Shown here: positions 47,838 to 60,500 of the stretch, piece after piece
How positions within the stretch are numbered: position 1 is the first letter of the stretch
Layout: every line of letters begins with the position of its first letter
NCBI GenBank assembly: GCA_965178125.1
Contig: OZ237741.1
Location: 992,001-1,056,000, forward strand
Length of the DNA: 64,000 nt
Reading direction: 5' to 3'
Source of the DNA: Bilabrum cf. latius
Taxonomy: Eukaryota
Notes under the pieces: model-generated
What the model was told of the DNA's origin: nothing
Database searches by the model: none
Seen by the model: only the letters and a program-made list of their open reading frames with translations
Made by a program: the position numbers and the translations under genes

Positions 47838-50125
47838 TCAAGTGTGGTGCGACGCATGGCTGTGCCCATGGTGCCCGGCCTCCTCGCCCGCGTGGTGCGA
47901 CGCATGGCTGTGCCCGTGGTGCCCGGCCTCCTCGCCCGCGTGGTGCGACGCATGGCTGTGCCCGTGGTGCCCGGCCTCCTCGCCCGCATGGTGCGACGCA
48001 TGGCTGTGCCCATGGTGCCCGGCCTCCTCGCCCGCATGGTGCGACGCATGGCTGTGCCCATGGTGCCCGGCCTCCTCGCCCGCATGGTGCGACGAATGAC
48101 TGTGCCCATGGTGCCCGGCCTCCTCGCCCGCATGGTGCGACGCATGGCTGTGCCCGTGATACGCAGGCATGTTGCGCCTCAGCGCTCCGTTCCCAACCCC
48201 ACCATCAATCGACTCGGAGCCCGTCGTTACAACGGATCCTGTGAGAGACCTGCAGTCCGGGGTATCGCAGTTCTTCAGCTCGATCGTCTTGCAAGACCTC
48301 TGGCACGCGGCCACGTCCCCTGACCCCAGCACCTCCACCTGCACCGTAGAGTGGTCGATCTTGTGCTTCTCGCAGACCTCCATGGCCCTCCTCAGGGTCA
48401 TGCAGTACAGGTCGCCCACTTGTTCCCTGCTGGTGCCGTGCCCTGGCACCAGAAACTCGCCGTTACCGCCCTCAACTGGGTACCCCGCTTCACTCTTGAA
48501 GTCCACTGTACCATTATCTAACTCATCGTCTCGAAGGAAGCTAGACAAGCTGTGGCTTGGTGCCACCTTGCCACCGCCTCTCCCGGTCTCTGAATCGATG
48601 CGCACCACCAGGTGCACGGCAATGTGGGCATCTTGACCCGACGTAGACCAAATGTGCAGGTTGTGCACACTCGTCACACCCTTAATGGCCCCCAAGTCCC
48701 TCAGCACCGAGTGGTAGTCCACGCGGGCGGGCACTCCCTCCAGAAGAACGTTCACGATGTCACGCATGGCCCCCATCGTGGTCCCGACCACGATCAAGGA
48801 GAAGATGAAGGTGCAGATGGGGTCGGCAAGGTGCCAGTCCGGGTTGTACCAGATTAGTCCGCCCGCGATGCACACCGCCACATTCTGGGCTAGGTCGCCG
48901 ATGGCGTGTGCGAGCGCGGCCCTGACGTTGAGGTTCTGCGAGGAGGATCCGCACCCCATGATGCCCAGGAGGCAGTCGCACGCTGTGGGGGAGCCTGCCA
49001 CCTCGTGGTCTCCATGGTGATGGCCCCCGTCATCGTCAACGTCGTCGTGCCCGTGCCCGTGCCCGTGCCCGTGCTCGCCTGAGCAGCTGTCCCCGGCCCC
49101 GTGGCTGTGGCTGTGCTTCGCCGGCTCGCTGCTGCAGGAGCCCCCCGCGTGGGAGTGACCGTGCTCTGCCTCGTCTGCGGACTTGACGTGTGATGAGTGC
49201 GAGTGGCCATGGTCGGATGACGAGTGCGAGTGCCCGTGGTCGCCGGAATCGTGTGAGTGCCCGTGGCTGCACTCGCCTGCTCCTCCCATCCCGTGAGAAT
49301 GAGTGTGCCCCATGCCCCCAACGCTCATGACGAGCGCCATGACGATGTTGAATACCACGCCGATGCCGCCGATGATTGTCATGAGGAATCCATCCACGTC
49401 CTCGGGGTGCTGCACCCTTCTGACTGCCTCCGCTAGCACAGCTCCAGTGAGGATCCAAATCAACAAGATACTGCCAAGAGCCCCGATCACCTCGACTCGG
49501 CGGTAGCCAAATGTGTAGTGGTGAGTGCCGGGCTGCTCGGCTGCAACCATGCTTGCCAAGCTGCGAGAAACCAAAACCAAAACCAAGTGCTTGCTTCCTT
49601 GCGAAGCGAAACCATACAGTGATACAACTAGAGCTATCGATTCTGGAGCTGGGCTTTCCTTACCTGATTGATAGACCGGCCACGTCTGTGAGCATGTGCG
49701 CGGCGCTGCGCCACGGAAGCGAATCAATCAAAGGGGAGGGGGGAAATCTCAAATCAAGCACCATATGAGAACATACTTGCTTGTTCGTGGACTCTATGAT
49801 ACAGAACGACATAGCAGGAGGAATGGAAGCCGGCGGCACAAAGCGAGCACAAACCTCCTCACTCGGCTAGGAGCGCCAATGAATGGCTGAGATACCCTCC
49901 AACAATCTCCAGAGCCATGAAAATAAAGCAAATCACAATGCCGAATATGATCTAGCGCTTTGGGGAGCAGAATGCTTGAGTCTCAGGGGCAGCTTTCGAA
50001 CCGTCAGGTGCTGACAGCAGTGGCACAGACATTCCAGCTGGGATCTCGGCGTCAAGATCACCTCGTGCCTTCTTGATCTCCCCAGTGACTACCGACGCCA
50101 AGTCGGCTGCATCAATTGATGCCAT
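47838..50125 (-). CDS. Cation diffusion facilitator zinc transporter (ZnT/MTP1-like)
   Basis: Exons 49863-50125 (TAG 49952), 49664-49705, 47838-49560. Motifs SLALLADAAHMLTD, TFGYRRVEVIGAL, His-rich loop, NLNVRAALAHAIGD, ADPICT, VHNLHIW, HSTVQVE. TGA stop. Confidence 0.93.
47843..48158 (-). repeat. 48-bp coding tandem repeat (~6.5 copies, HHGHSHASHHAGEEAG)
   Basis: Directly visible near-perfect units at the CDF C-terminus. Confidence 0.93.
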
Positions 50126-50273
50126 GGCCTCGGTGATTCCCGGAGTAAACCTTCGTACGCTTCTGTCACAAGGTTCCGTCACAGCAAAAGGAAAGTTCGG
50201 ATCCTCGAGCCCGGCAGATCGAGTTGCCGTTCGTCGTTTTTACTCTTGCCACATTCAATACAATCAAGTAGCC

Positions 50274-53200
50274 ATGCAACGGTGCGCGAAACGGTTGAAG
50301 TTCTCACAAATGTTTGCTTCAGGCAGAGGTAACTGCCTGAAGCGCAGGTATAGTTCCAGTGCGTTCGCTGGAAGACGCTTCTCGCTGCAGCAGGGATCCA
50401 GCCGTTTGGGGTCACAACACGCCTTTAGCTCTTTTTTCGAGGCATTTCGCCCCTCTATGGCACCTCGATAGCACGTCTCCCATCTAGTGGGGATCACAAG
50501 TCGCTGTATGTCTAGCAAAGCTCCGCAAGTGAGCGCATCTGGCAACACCAGTCAGCTGCCGCTCAAGAAGATTCTAGCGTGCAACCGAGGGGAGATATCG
50601 ATCAGGATCAGCCGAGCTGGATCGGAACTGGGGCTTCGCACAGTTGGAGTTTTTAGTTTCGAGGACCGCTACAGCCCGCATCGCTTTAAGGCGGATGAAA
50701 CCTTCCTTGTAAGATATCTCAAGATCGTCCTGCGCACACGGATTCTGTCGCTGTTGTTCATCGTGTTCTCCGCTCTCGGTGATGATGCTAGTTTAGGCAT
50801 TGTCAATGCTGTATACAACTGTTAGATGCCTTGGTGTAGCTGCTAGGTGCGATGACACTGAGTGATTGCCCATGATTCCGCGAGTTTCTTTCGCGAACGA
50901 TCGCCACCTTTCGCAGATTGGAGAGGGCCTCAGCCCGGTTGCAGCGTACCTGAACATCGATGAAATAGTTGAACTTTGCAAGGAGCGAAACATTGATGCG
51001 GTGCATCCAGGCTATGGGTTCCTGAGCGAAAACGCCGAGTTCGCAGACAAACTCAATCAGGCCGGCATCAAGTTCGTCGGGCCGCCTGGCGATGTCATCC
51101 GAATGTTCGGTGACAAGACGGCAGCACGCGCAGCTGCTATCAAGCACGATATTCCGGTGGTGCCGGGTACTGAAGGGCCGGTGGGCACAGCCGAGGAGGC
51201 CGTGGTGGAGGCGGAGCGCATCGGCCTGCCCCTGATCATCAAGGCTGCCCACGGCGGTGGGGGCAGGGGCATGCGGGTGGTGCGAGAGATGAAGAATGTC
51301 GCGAGAGAGTTCGAAACCGCGTCATCGGAAGCCAAGGCGGCCTTCGGGAACGGCACTGTGTTCCTCGAGCGGTACATCGGGAGCCCCCGCCACATCGAGG
51401 TGCAGATCCTGGCAGACTCGAAGGGCGACGTGGTGCACCTGTATGAGCGGGACTGCTCGGTGCAGAGGAGGCACCAAAAGGTCATCGAGACGGCACCCGC
51501 GGAGAGTCTCGAGCCCGCACTGCGGGAGCGCATGCTGAACGACGCCGTGGAGCTATGCAAGAAGTGCGGGTACGAGAACGCCGGCACGGTTGAGTTCCTT
51601 GTGGACACCGAGACGGGCGAGCACTTCTTCATCGAGATCAATCCGCGCGTGCAGGTGGAGCACACGGTCACGGAACAGGTCACGGGCGTGGACATCGTGC
51701 AGTCCCAGATCCAGATCGCCGCGGGGAAGACGCTCAAGGAGCTCGGCCTGACCCAGGACACCATCTCCACCCGTGGCTTCGCGATGCAGTGCAGGATCAC
51801 CACCGAAGATCCGACCAACAACTTCGCTCCGGATTCGGGCATCATCTCAGTGTATAGATCGGCTACCGGCCCCGGGATCCGACTGGACGACGGCCCCGGG
51901 TTCGCTGGGGCTCTCATAACGCCGCACTACGACTCACTGCTGGTCAAGGTGACGGCCCTGGCGCGAGACTTCCAGGGAGCCACCGCGAAGATGAGGCGGG
52001 CCCTCTCGGAGTTCCGCATCCGCGGAGTGATGACCAACAAGGACTTCCTGAAGAACGTGCTGGGACACCCCGCCTACCTGGAGAACAACGGTGCAGTCAC
52101 CACTGGCTTCCTCACGGAGCACCCCGAGGTGGTCACCGCCGTGCCAGACGCCCAGAACAGGGGAGAGAAGCTGCTGCGGTACCTGGGCGGCGTGGCTGTT
52201 AATGGCCCGGAGCCTGACCTCGGTGCCACTGGTCCGCCGCCCTCCCCCATCGAGCCCGTTGTACCCCAGCAACCCCTGCCTCGAACCGTGGACGGACTCA
52301 CCGGCAAGGCCAAGGAGCTCAAAGTTCCGCTGAAACGCATCCTGGACCGCGATGGTCCCAAGGAGTTCGCTCGCGCCGTGCGGGAGCACGATGGGCTGCT
52401 GCTCACGGACACGACCTGGCGGGACGCGCACCAGTCCCTCCTTGCCACTAGGTTGAGGACCAAGGACATCCTGTCGGTAGCACCCGCCACACGAGACGCG
52501 CTCAAGAACGCCTATTCTTTGGAGAACTGGGGCGGCGCCACATTTGATGTGGCCATGAGGTTCCTGCGGGAGTGTCCCTGGGACCGGCTGGAGCAGATGA
52601 GGGAGGAGGTCCCGGACATCCCGTTCCAGATGCTGCTGCGCGGCGCAAACGCGGTGGGATACACGGCCTATCCCGACAATGCGGTGCAGGCGTTCTGTGA
52701 CCAGGCGGTGCGCAGCGGGATGGACGTGTTCCGCGTGTTCGATTCGCTGAACTACATGGACAACCTGAGGCTAGGAATCGATTCCGTGGGCGCTGCGGGC
52801 GGGGTGGTGGAGGCGGCCATCTGCTACACGGGCGACGTGACCAACCCCAAGGAAGGGAGGTACGACCTTGACTACTACCTTGAGCTGGCAAGGCAGCTGG
52901 CGGATCAGCAGGTTCATGTTCTCGCCCTCAAGGACATGGCAGGCCTGCTCAAGCCCGAGGCAGCTACACTGCTCGTGGGAGCTCTGAGAAGGGAGCACCC
53001 AGACCTGCCCATTCACGTGCACTCGCATGACACAGCCGGCACCGGCGTTGCCTCAATGCTCGCGGCAGCGCGCGCCGGTGCAGATGCGGTGGACTGCGCC
53101 ATCGACTCGATGAGTGGCACGACCTCGCAGCCCTCGATGGGTGCTCTCGTCAACGCGGTCCGCGGCACCGAGCTGGACACGGGCGTGGATCCCGCGCAGG

Positions 53201-54276
53201 TCGCGGCGCTGGACACGTACTGGGACCAGGTGCGAGGGGTCTATGCTCCATTCGAGGCGGGACAGCTGACGGGAAGCTCGGACGTGTACGAGCACGAGAT
53301 GCCCGGCGGTCAGATGACCAACCTGATGTTCCAGTCCAAGTCCCTGGGCCTGGGCGACCGATGGCCGGCGATCAAGCATGCATACGCCGATGCCAACGAC
53401 TTGCTCGGTGATGTGGTCAAAGTGACGCCCTCCTCCAAGGTCGTGGGCGACCTGGCCAACTTTATGGTGACCAACGGGCTTTCGGCTAAGGACGTAAAGG
53501 AGCAGGCGAAGACGCTCAACTTCCCAACCTCGGTGGTTGAGTTCTTCCAGGGGTACCTGGGAGTCCCTCCGTATGGATTCCCAGAGCCTTTGCGGTCGGA
53601 CATCGTCAAGGGGAAGAATGTTCCCGGCGGTGGCGAGTTCTTTAAGGCCAGGCCGGGTGCTGACCTGGCTCCTGTGGACCTGGAGGCCGAGCGTAAGCAG
53701 CTGGAGGAGAGGTATGGCAACCGGATGCGCCCTGTTGACGCTCTCAGCCACATCATGTACCCGCAGGTATTCGCCGATTTCATGGAGTTCAAGAAGAACT
53801 ACGGCGATCTCAGCCCGCTGCCTACGCGTATATTCTGCGCCCCGATGGAGGTGGGACATGAAGTTGCTTTTGAGATCGAGGCCGGCAAGACCATGTTCGT
53901 CAAGCTCAAGTCCGTGGCTTCGACACCGGACGAGAACGGCATCGTAGACGTCGTCTTTGAGCTGAACGGCGAGCAAAGGAAGATCGGTGTCACCGACGCT
54001 GAGTTTGCCAAGTCTGGCATGGCAAAGACGGTCAGAAAGGCGGACAAGAGCAAGCGAGGCGAGCTCGGTGCCCCCATGCCCGGCGTGGTTGTGGCTGTGA
54101 AGGTAGCGGTCGGAGACGAGGTCAAGGAGGGCGAGCCATTCGTTACGCTGAGCGCGATGAAGATGGAGACGGTGGTGGGTGCACCCACTGACGGTGTCGT
54201 GAAGGAGGTATGCATCGGGACCGGCGATACGGTGTCACCCGGCGACCTGCTCGCGGTTGTGGGGGATGCGGAGTGA
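50274..54276 (+). CDS. PYC: Pyruvate carboxylase with mitochondrial-type presequence
   Basis: Exon 50274-50708 (TAG 50469 in the presequence; KILACNRGEISIR), intron 50709-50916. BC domain (HPGYGFLSEN, GGGGRGMR, RDCSVQRRHQK), CT domain (RDAHQSL, GGATFDV, HSHDT), BCCP domain (AMKM). TGA stop; exact start uncertain. Confidence 0.96.
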
Positions 54277-54506
54277 TCACGTAAAGTGACGAGTCACTGA
54301 CGACCCTCATTAGGATCTGTAGGGGATGCACCCTGTGTTATATTCGTGTTAATTAGATCAAATGCGAGGGACTTGTCCTTGAACAAGCCGTAGCGAGCTA
54401 GAGTCTGACTGTGTAGTACCAAGTATCAAGCAATCCATGATTCATTGTCGACATGTAGATTAGGCTACTTTGGCACCTAATTGGATGCGCGGAATATCTC
54501 AGAGGC

Positions 54507-57500
54507 TCATGTAGCACTATCCGAAGACGACGAGTGGCCAGACCGGCTAATCTCCGACGTGCCGATACCACCAGACTCAGTGTTCTCCAGCACACTCGGT
54601 AGCGAAGCTACCGCAAAGTGACCAAGGGCATGCTGCTCGGCTGGCTTGTGCGCTCCTGCGGCCTAGGCAATGGTCACCACACAACGGGCTGACGGATCAC
54701 GAGCACCTCCTGCTGAGCCAGCGGCGGTAGCTGCCGCTTCATGCTCGCTGACTTCTGCAACATTGGCTGGTAGAGCACTAGAGTCAGCTCCATGACCCGA
54801 TCTTCCAGCCCCTTGCCCCCGCAGCCTGGATAGCATCTCTTCTTCTTTGTCAAGCAGCTTCACCCTCGCTTCTGACCTGCGAACACCAAGGGCCTTGAAG
54901 TCTCGGTAGGCTGCCTGCTCCGCAGCATGCTGCCCTACATTAGCGCGGCGGCAATAGTGCAGGTTGGGCCACAGGACGCGAACCCGAAGCCTCCGACTGT
55001 ACACCTCCAGGATGGCTCGCTCCTCGGCCTCCCGAGCTTCCCGACTCCTGTTCTTGCGCGCTTGCTTGGCTGATGGTGCTGAAAGAGAGGCACGCTGGCC
55101 CTCCACCTGCGGATGCAGAAGCCGTCTGGTAGCTGCAGTTGTACCGTCCATACATTGGGAAGCGCCGATGAGACTATGAGTTGGAGGTATCGAATCAAGC
55201 ACCAGCGCACTGGTTGCAGTGGTGCTTGCACTCGATCCAGTGCCATCAGAAGCACGATCGATGTTCCAGCGCTATTCAATCATTCGCTGCAGCTGCCGCT
55301 CGATTTCGGGATCACCGGTAGCCCCGGGCAGTCGCGACACAGGCAGGGACATGCCGATTCGAAGCACTTCTTGACGAACTGCTGCAGCGGCTGAGTTGTC
55401 GGGCAGCAGGAACGGATGCGCTGCCAAGATGCCTGCGTCGTACCGCAGGCTGGCGTTAGGCTCCAGCAGCCCACGGAGCAGGTCCACACATTGAGGACTG
55501 ATGTCTCGAGGGAGCATTCTCCAGCTAATTTGCCCCACCCGAGCAGCAGCAGCTTGCTGGTTGGCCGTGAGCCCATTGAATGGGAGCTTGCCGGACACGA
55601 GCCAGAAGAGCGTCACCCCAAGCGAGAAGTAGTCGCTGGCCTTCTGTCCCTGGTGCATGAAGAGCTCAGGGGCCATGTACATCGGAGTGCCGGCGATGCC
55701 TGCAGCGAAGGGGCGCTATTCGCGATGGATGACATCGCCATGCGGAGAAGCTCTGCTGCTGTCCTGCTGATTTGATTTCAATGAAGACGTTCGCCCAAGA
55801 GTCCTGTCAGGTGCAGGTGCAGCGCTGCTTGCTTCGGGCCACTGAAGTGGCGAACAAGCTGCACCAGTATGAGCACCTGCAGGTCTTGTGGGAGCCTTGC
55901 CACCTGCTGCGCTGGCTCTGACTGGCTCGGGGAACAGGAAGCCGAGCAATCTGCTGGATGCGGCTGCAGCGATGCCCTCGAGATCTTCATCGCCAGTTGC
56001 TGTGTCGCCAGTGAGCAAATGCAAAGTAAACGACCGGTATTGATGTGACGCATCCTGGACATGGATTGCTGCAGGACCCAGTTTGTCCCCCTCACGATGC
56101 ACATCAAATGCTGTGCCCGCGTCCTCAAGCTCGGCCAGCTCACCGGCCGAACTATCATCAGTACCAGTCAGGAACACGACTGCGTCAAACAGGCTCGGTT
56201 CCTCCCGCAGCAGGGATCTGCCCTGCAGAACTGAGGAAACTGCGGTGACTGCTAGTAGTCCACTGGAAGCGGACTCGAGCAAGTTCGCCAGCCTTAAAGG
56301 CGAAGCAGCATCAGGTGATGCCACATCAGACGTGCCCGCAATGAGCAGGACTGCCGTGGCACACTTGGGAGAATGTACCTGCGCACGAGTCCTATCGAAG
56401 GTTGTCGTACTGGTTGCAAGTGAATCGACTTTCAATGTTCTGCCGCTACAGCCAGCAGCGAGACCGCTGTAAATCTCTGCATCTGCTGTCGGCAACAGCA
56501 GCGGCAGGGCAAGCCTGACCTCATCGTGGTTCAGGAGATCCTGCGGCACCCAAATAGCCTTGGCAGCCTTGGGGTCTAGGCTCTAGTCTCGCAAAGCTAA
56601 GCCTCCCTTTGATTTGCCTGAAGATCGAGGCGAACGAGATGACACGTGCTCAGCAGAGCTGTTTCGAGAGTTGCCACCCTACCTTGAATAAGCCTCAAGC
56701 CTGCCCCGACTAACGGCTTCAGACCCACTATCTGTCGACGTTACAGAATTGTCACGACGAGCGGCTGATGCTGAGTTGATCGCTGGAATCTACACGGCCA
56801 ATCCGAAGTCAATCAGCCGAGCATCCTGCGCGCTTGACATGAGCACATTCGAGGGCTTCAGGTCCCGGTGCAACACCCCGGCGTGATGCAGCTTCGCAAT
56901 CGTCCTGGCCAAGCTCCTTGCAATCGAACGCACATCCGATTCATCGACGCGCCACCGGCCCGGCTAGCCACGCACGAGATCGCGCAGATTGGAGCCGGTG
57001 ACTCGCTCCAGCACGATGGCTACTCTGGGCTCATCCACGACGACCCCGAAGATGCGGCAGGGCCCCGGGATATCCTCAGCGGCTGCCCGCGCGAGTGTCA
57101 CCACCTCGTTGCGGATGACATCAGCCCGCAAAGATGCCCGCCTGGCTGTGTGACCAGCCGAGAACGAGCGATCCGAAAGCTCGCCCGGACTGCCGCTACG
57201 AACGCTGATCTTCAGAGCAACATGCTTGCCGGTAGCTCGGTGCTGAGCGGCGTATACTTTAGCGAATCCACCCTCGCCCAAGAGCTTCAGTAGCTTGAAG
57301 TCATCAAAGGACATCCACGATCTGCTTTCAAGCACAGCACTGGGGGAGTGGCCAGCACTAGAGTGCTCTTCATCATGGATCGCCCTTCCAACTACATAAT
57401 ACGCTGTAGGTGATGTGGTGTTCAACGCAACGCTGTTTGGATGCGCGCCCTGGCTATCGCCGAACTAAGCTCCAGCAGCGCAGGCTGACATATCCACAGC

Positions 57501-60500
57501 CGGTACGGAGCTGACTTGGATGAAGATCCGATGCACAGGGGTAGCCAGCGATCCAGGAGTGGATGCACCCACGCGAGCAAGGCTGCCATGATTCGCCTCG
57601 CCTACCTACCGCAGCCATGCGGCCACTTCCGTGTGCGCCCCACTGCCTGCTCCATCTCCAAGGGCTACCGACAGCGCATCTTGCCAAGCCCGTGCCCACG
57701 CAGGTGGCTCGAAATGCTGCTGTTGATCACCACCAGGAGCTGGGACCTCACATACCCTCCAAGTGCCAGGCGTTGTTTCCTCAACCATGCACACTGCATA
57801 CGAAGTACCAGCCCGGTGGAGACCTGCCGTGACTGCTGGAATCAATGGCAGTGATTGGCTGCACTGTAGCACACCTTCCCACTCCAAGCCAACAGCTTTG
57901 GAATCCGCGCTGTCTTCTCTATGCAGCATGCAAGCAATCCAGGGATGCTATTCGCGAACTGCCACAGCCACTGCGGGAGACAAGCTGACGCCCGTGGCAT
58001 CTGCATGGGTCGCTTGTGCTGATCCAGATATCGACATGCTGCTGGCAATGGCCCCACCCGCACCCTGCCCGCTGTCCCCGTACTCTACAGTGACGGGGTC
58101 GTGCCCGACGAGCCAAGCACACACTTCGCCCGTGGCGATACCGATCGAAGGTACAATCCCTACGCGCATCTACTCCAGCGTGTGGCGCACAGAAGCAGCC
58201 AGCTGGCATGCCCCAAGCACAGCCATAGTGCTTGCATTGCTGCCTGTAGAGAGCACACTATCAGTTTGCACCTCTGATTGACTGTCGAACCAGCCGAGCT
58301 GAATCGTATCCGGCCCCACACTGACGCGAAGCGCCCCGAACTGCGCACACACCTGATCGATTGACCTGCCGATGCGTCGAAACAGCGCTAGGGTAGCAAG
58401 GGGCCCCGCAAGATCGCTGATCGGAGCAAATCGGCCTAGCCTCAAAGTTAGCACAGCGCCATACCCAAGAGACGCTGGTTGTCCGGCTATGGGTAGTGTC
58501 TATTGGGGGGAGGCAACGTGACTGGAACGCGATCCAGACGTTGCGGTCAACTTGGCCAGAACTTGTCTCGGCATTAGTGTGGTCGCAGCTTGCTCCATCA
58601 CCTAGCGCTGCTACTCCTGACTCTTGCGTGTGCTCTTCGCAGCATGCCTCACCCTTGTCAGAAGGGCAAGCGATTCGCTGCTGTCGATGAAGTGCGTCAA
58701 AGCAAACTGCACGACGTACACCGATGATATAAGGGTAGTAAGTATCCGTAACACGTCCGCGTTGCTTTCGGCTGCGTCGCCGAGAAACTCGTTGCACCTG
58801 TCAGGCGCTGCTGCTGGGCCAAGGATCCAGCTGCGGATTGCAAGGTATAGGCCGTTCCCGGATGACATACCTAGGCCGAAGACGGCCAGAAAGGTCCACA
58901 TGGATGTACCGCACGACTTAATTATGCCGACAGCTAGTAGCATGGTCGCAATGACAGATGTGTTGTTCAGTAGCTCGTTGTTCTGCGCTGTGCAAGTCGC
59001 AACGACGATGTCTAGTCGCGTCAGCAGCTTGTTGGCGGCTTGAGCGAGCGCAGTCCCTGCAAGGTACGTCACACCTTCCGTTTCTGATATCCTCCCGAAG
59101 TATATATGCGCATATGCACCACGTGCAACCATTGTAGTGCTGATGAGTAGCATGGGAAGGTAGATGAGGAAGATCGGGAGCCAGCCCACTGATGGGGAGT
59201 CAGGCGCAACACCGGCCTGCTCGTCAGCAGCTCTTTCAATCCGATTCATGATCACGGCCCCTAGGATGCAATCGATAAGCTAACCAACCCCAAAAAGCAA
59301 TATTATTGCTGGAGATTGCAATGCCATCCCTGTAGTAGCGTGGTAGTCTACAGGAAATCCCCACGCCCGGCCGGTCATAGTGTGGGCGCGAGCCTGAGTG
59401 GCAGTTTCACCAGCTTGAGGCAGGATAATACCAGACAGCGGCTCAAACCTCGACGGTGCGCTTCTTGGCACGTCAGATTTGACACCTCCATAGTTTGCTA
59501 CGGGGGCGAAAGATGAAGCTGCGCCACTATTTCTACGATTTGCGGCGCTGTCCTTGCTGCTACGATTTGCACCGTGCAAGAACTGCACCGCCCAACGGGG
59601 CGGGAGCCACTCGCTCGGCGACCTGGTTCGAGCGGATGGCTTGCATGATGTGAGAGTATCCCTGTCAATGAGACTGAATAGAAGCACTCGAATGGATCTT
59701 GCACACTCCTGTGCAGTGGTTGACCTTTGTGCGGTTGTTGTTGGTGCTTCTGCCGTTGGACTGGATTGTTGCTTACGTTCGTCAGCAAAGCACAGCATGA
59801 CGCGCTGTTCACCAGGTTCATCAACCGACTCGCGCTTCGCTTGATGATGCTCACACTAGGCGGCAGCAGCTGCACCAACAGCTGCCGGAGTGCGGCTTGA
59901 ACTTCCCTGCGTGTACATCTTGGTTGCCACACCGCGATTGGAGGGCTGAACACCCTACTCGATCATGGAACGAAGCATCTTGCATGCCGCAAGCACTCGC
60001 TACAAGCGCTTCAAATCGAGTACAAAACTTGAACGATGCGTCTCCTACTCTTCCTCATGGACATCATGAGACACGATTGCCAAGTGCCATTGCACGGCCG
60101 CTTCGGTTGCCGCTTGCATGGATTTGAGCGTGCTATCAATACGGTCGCACGTCCTGCGACCCAGCACAACGTGACACATTGCATCAGGCTGAGGACCCGC
60201 CCCAACCAGAGTAGCACCGCACAATCGCTTGGCCTCGTCCATGCCGCCCCCGAAGGCGTGCCACTCTTGCGGCTGCTGCTACTCGCCCAGCAGTCCGATG
60301 GACATCGAGCTCTGCGAAGAGGACGGGTAAGACACTCCAGCGACCAATGTGTAGCCGGTTGCATCACGCGACCTGATGGACGCAGATAGGGCGTGCTCGA
60401 TTGCGCATAGGCACTGGAACGCTGTCACGGCTCGCTGCTCGCTGTGGTTGAGCACCGGGCAATGCTTGGGGGGCGTCCTCAGGCCAACCGCTCCAACCCA

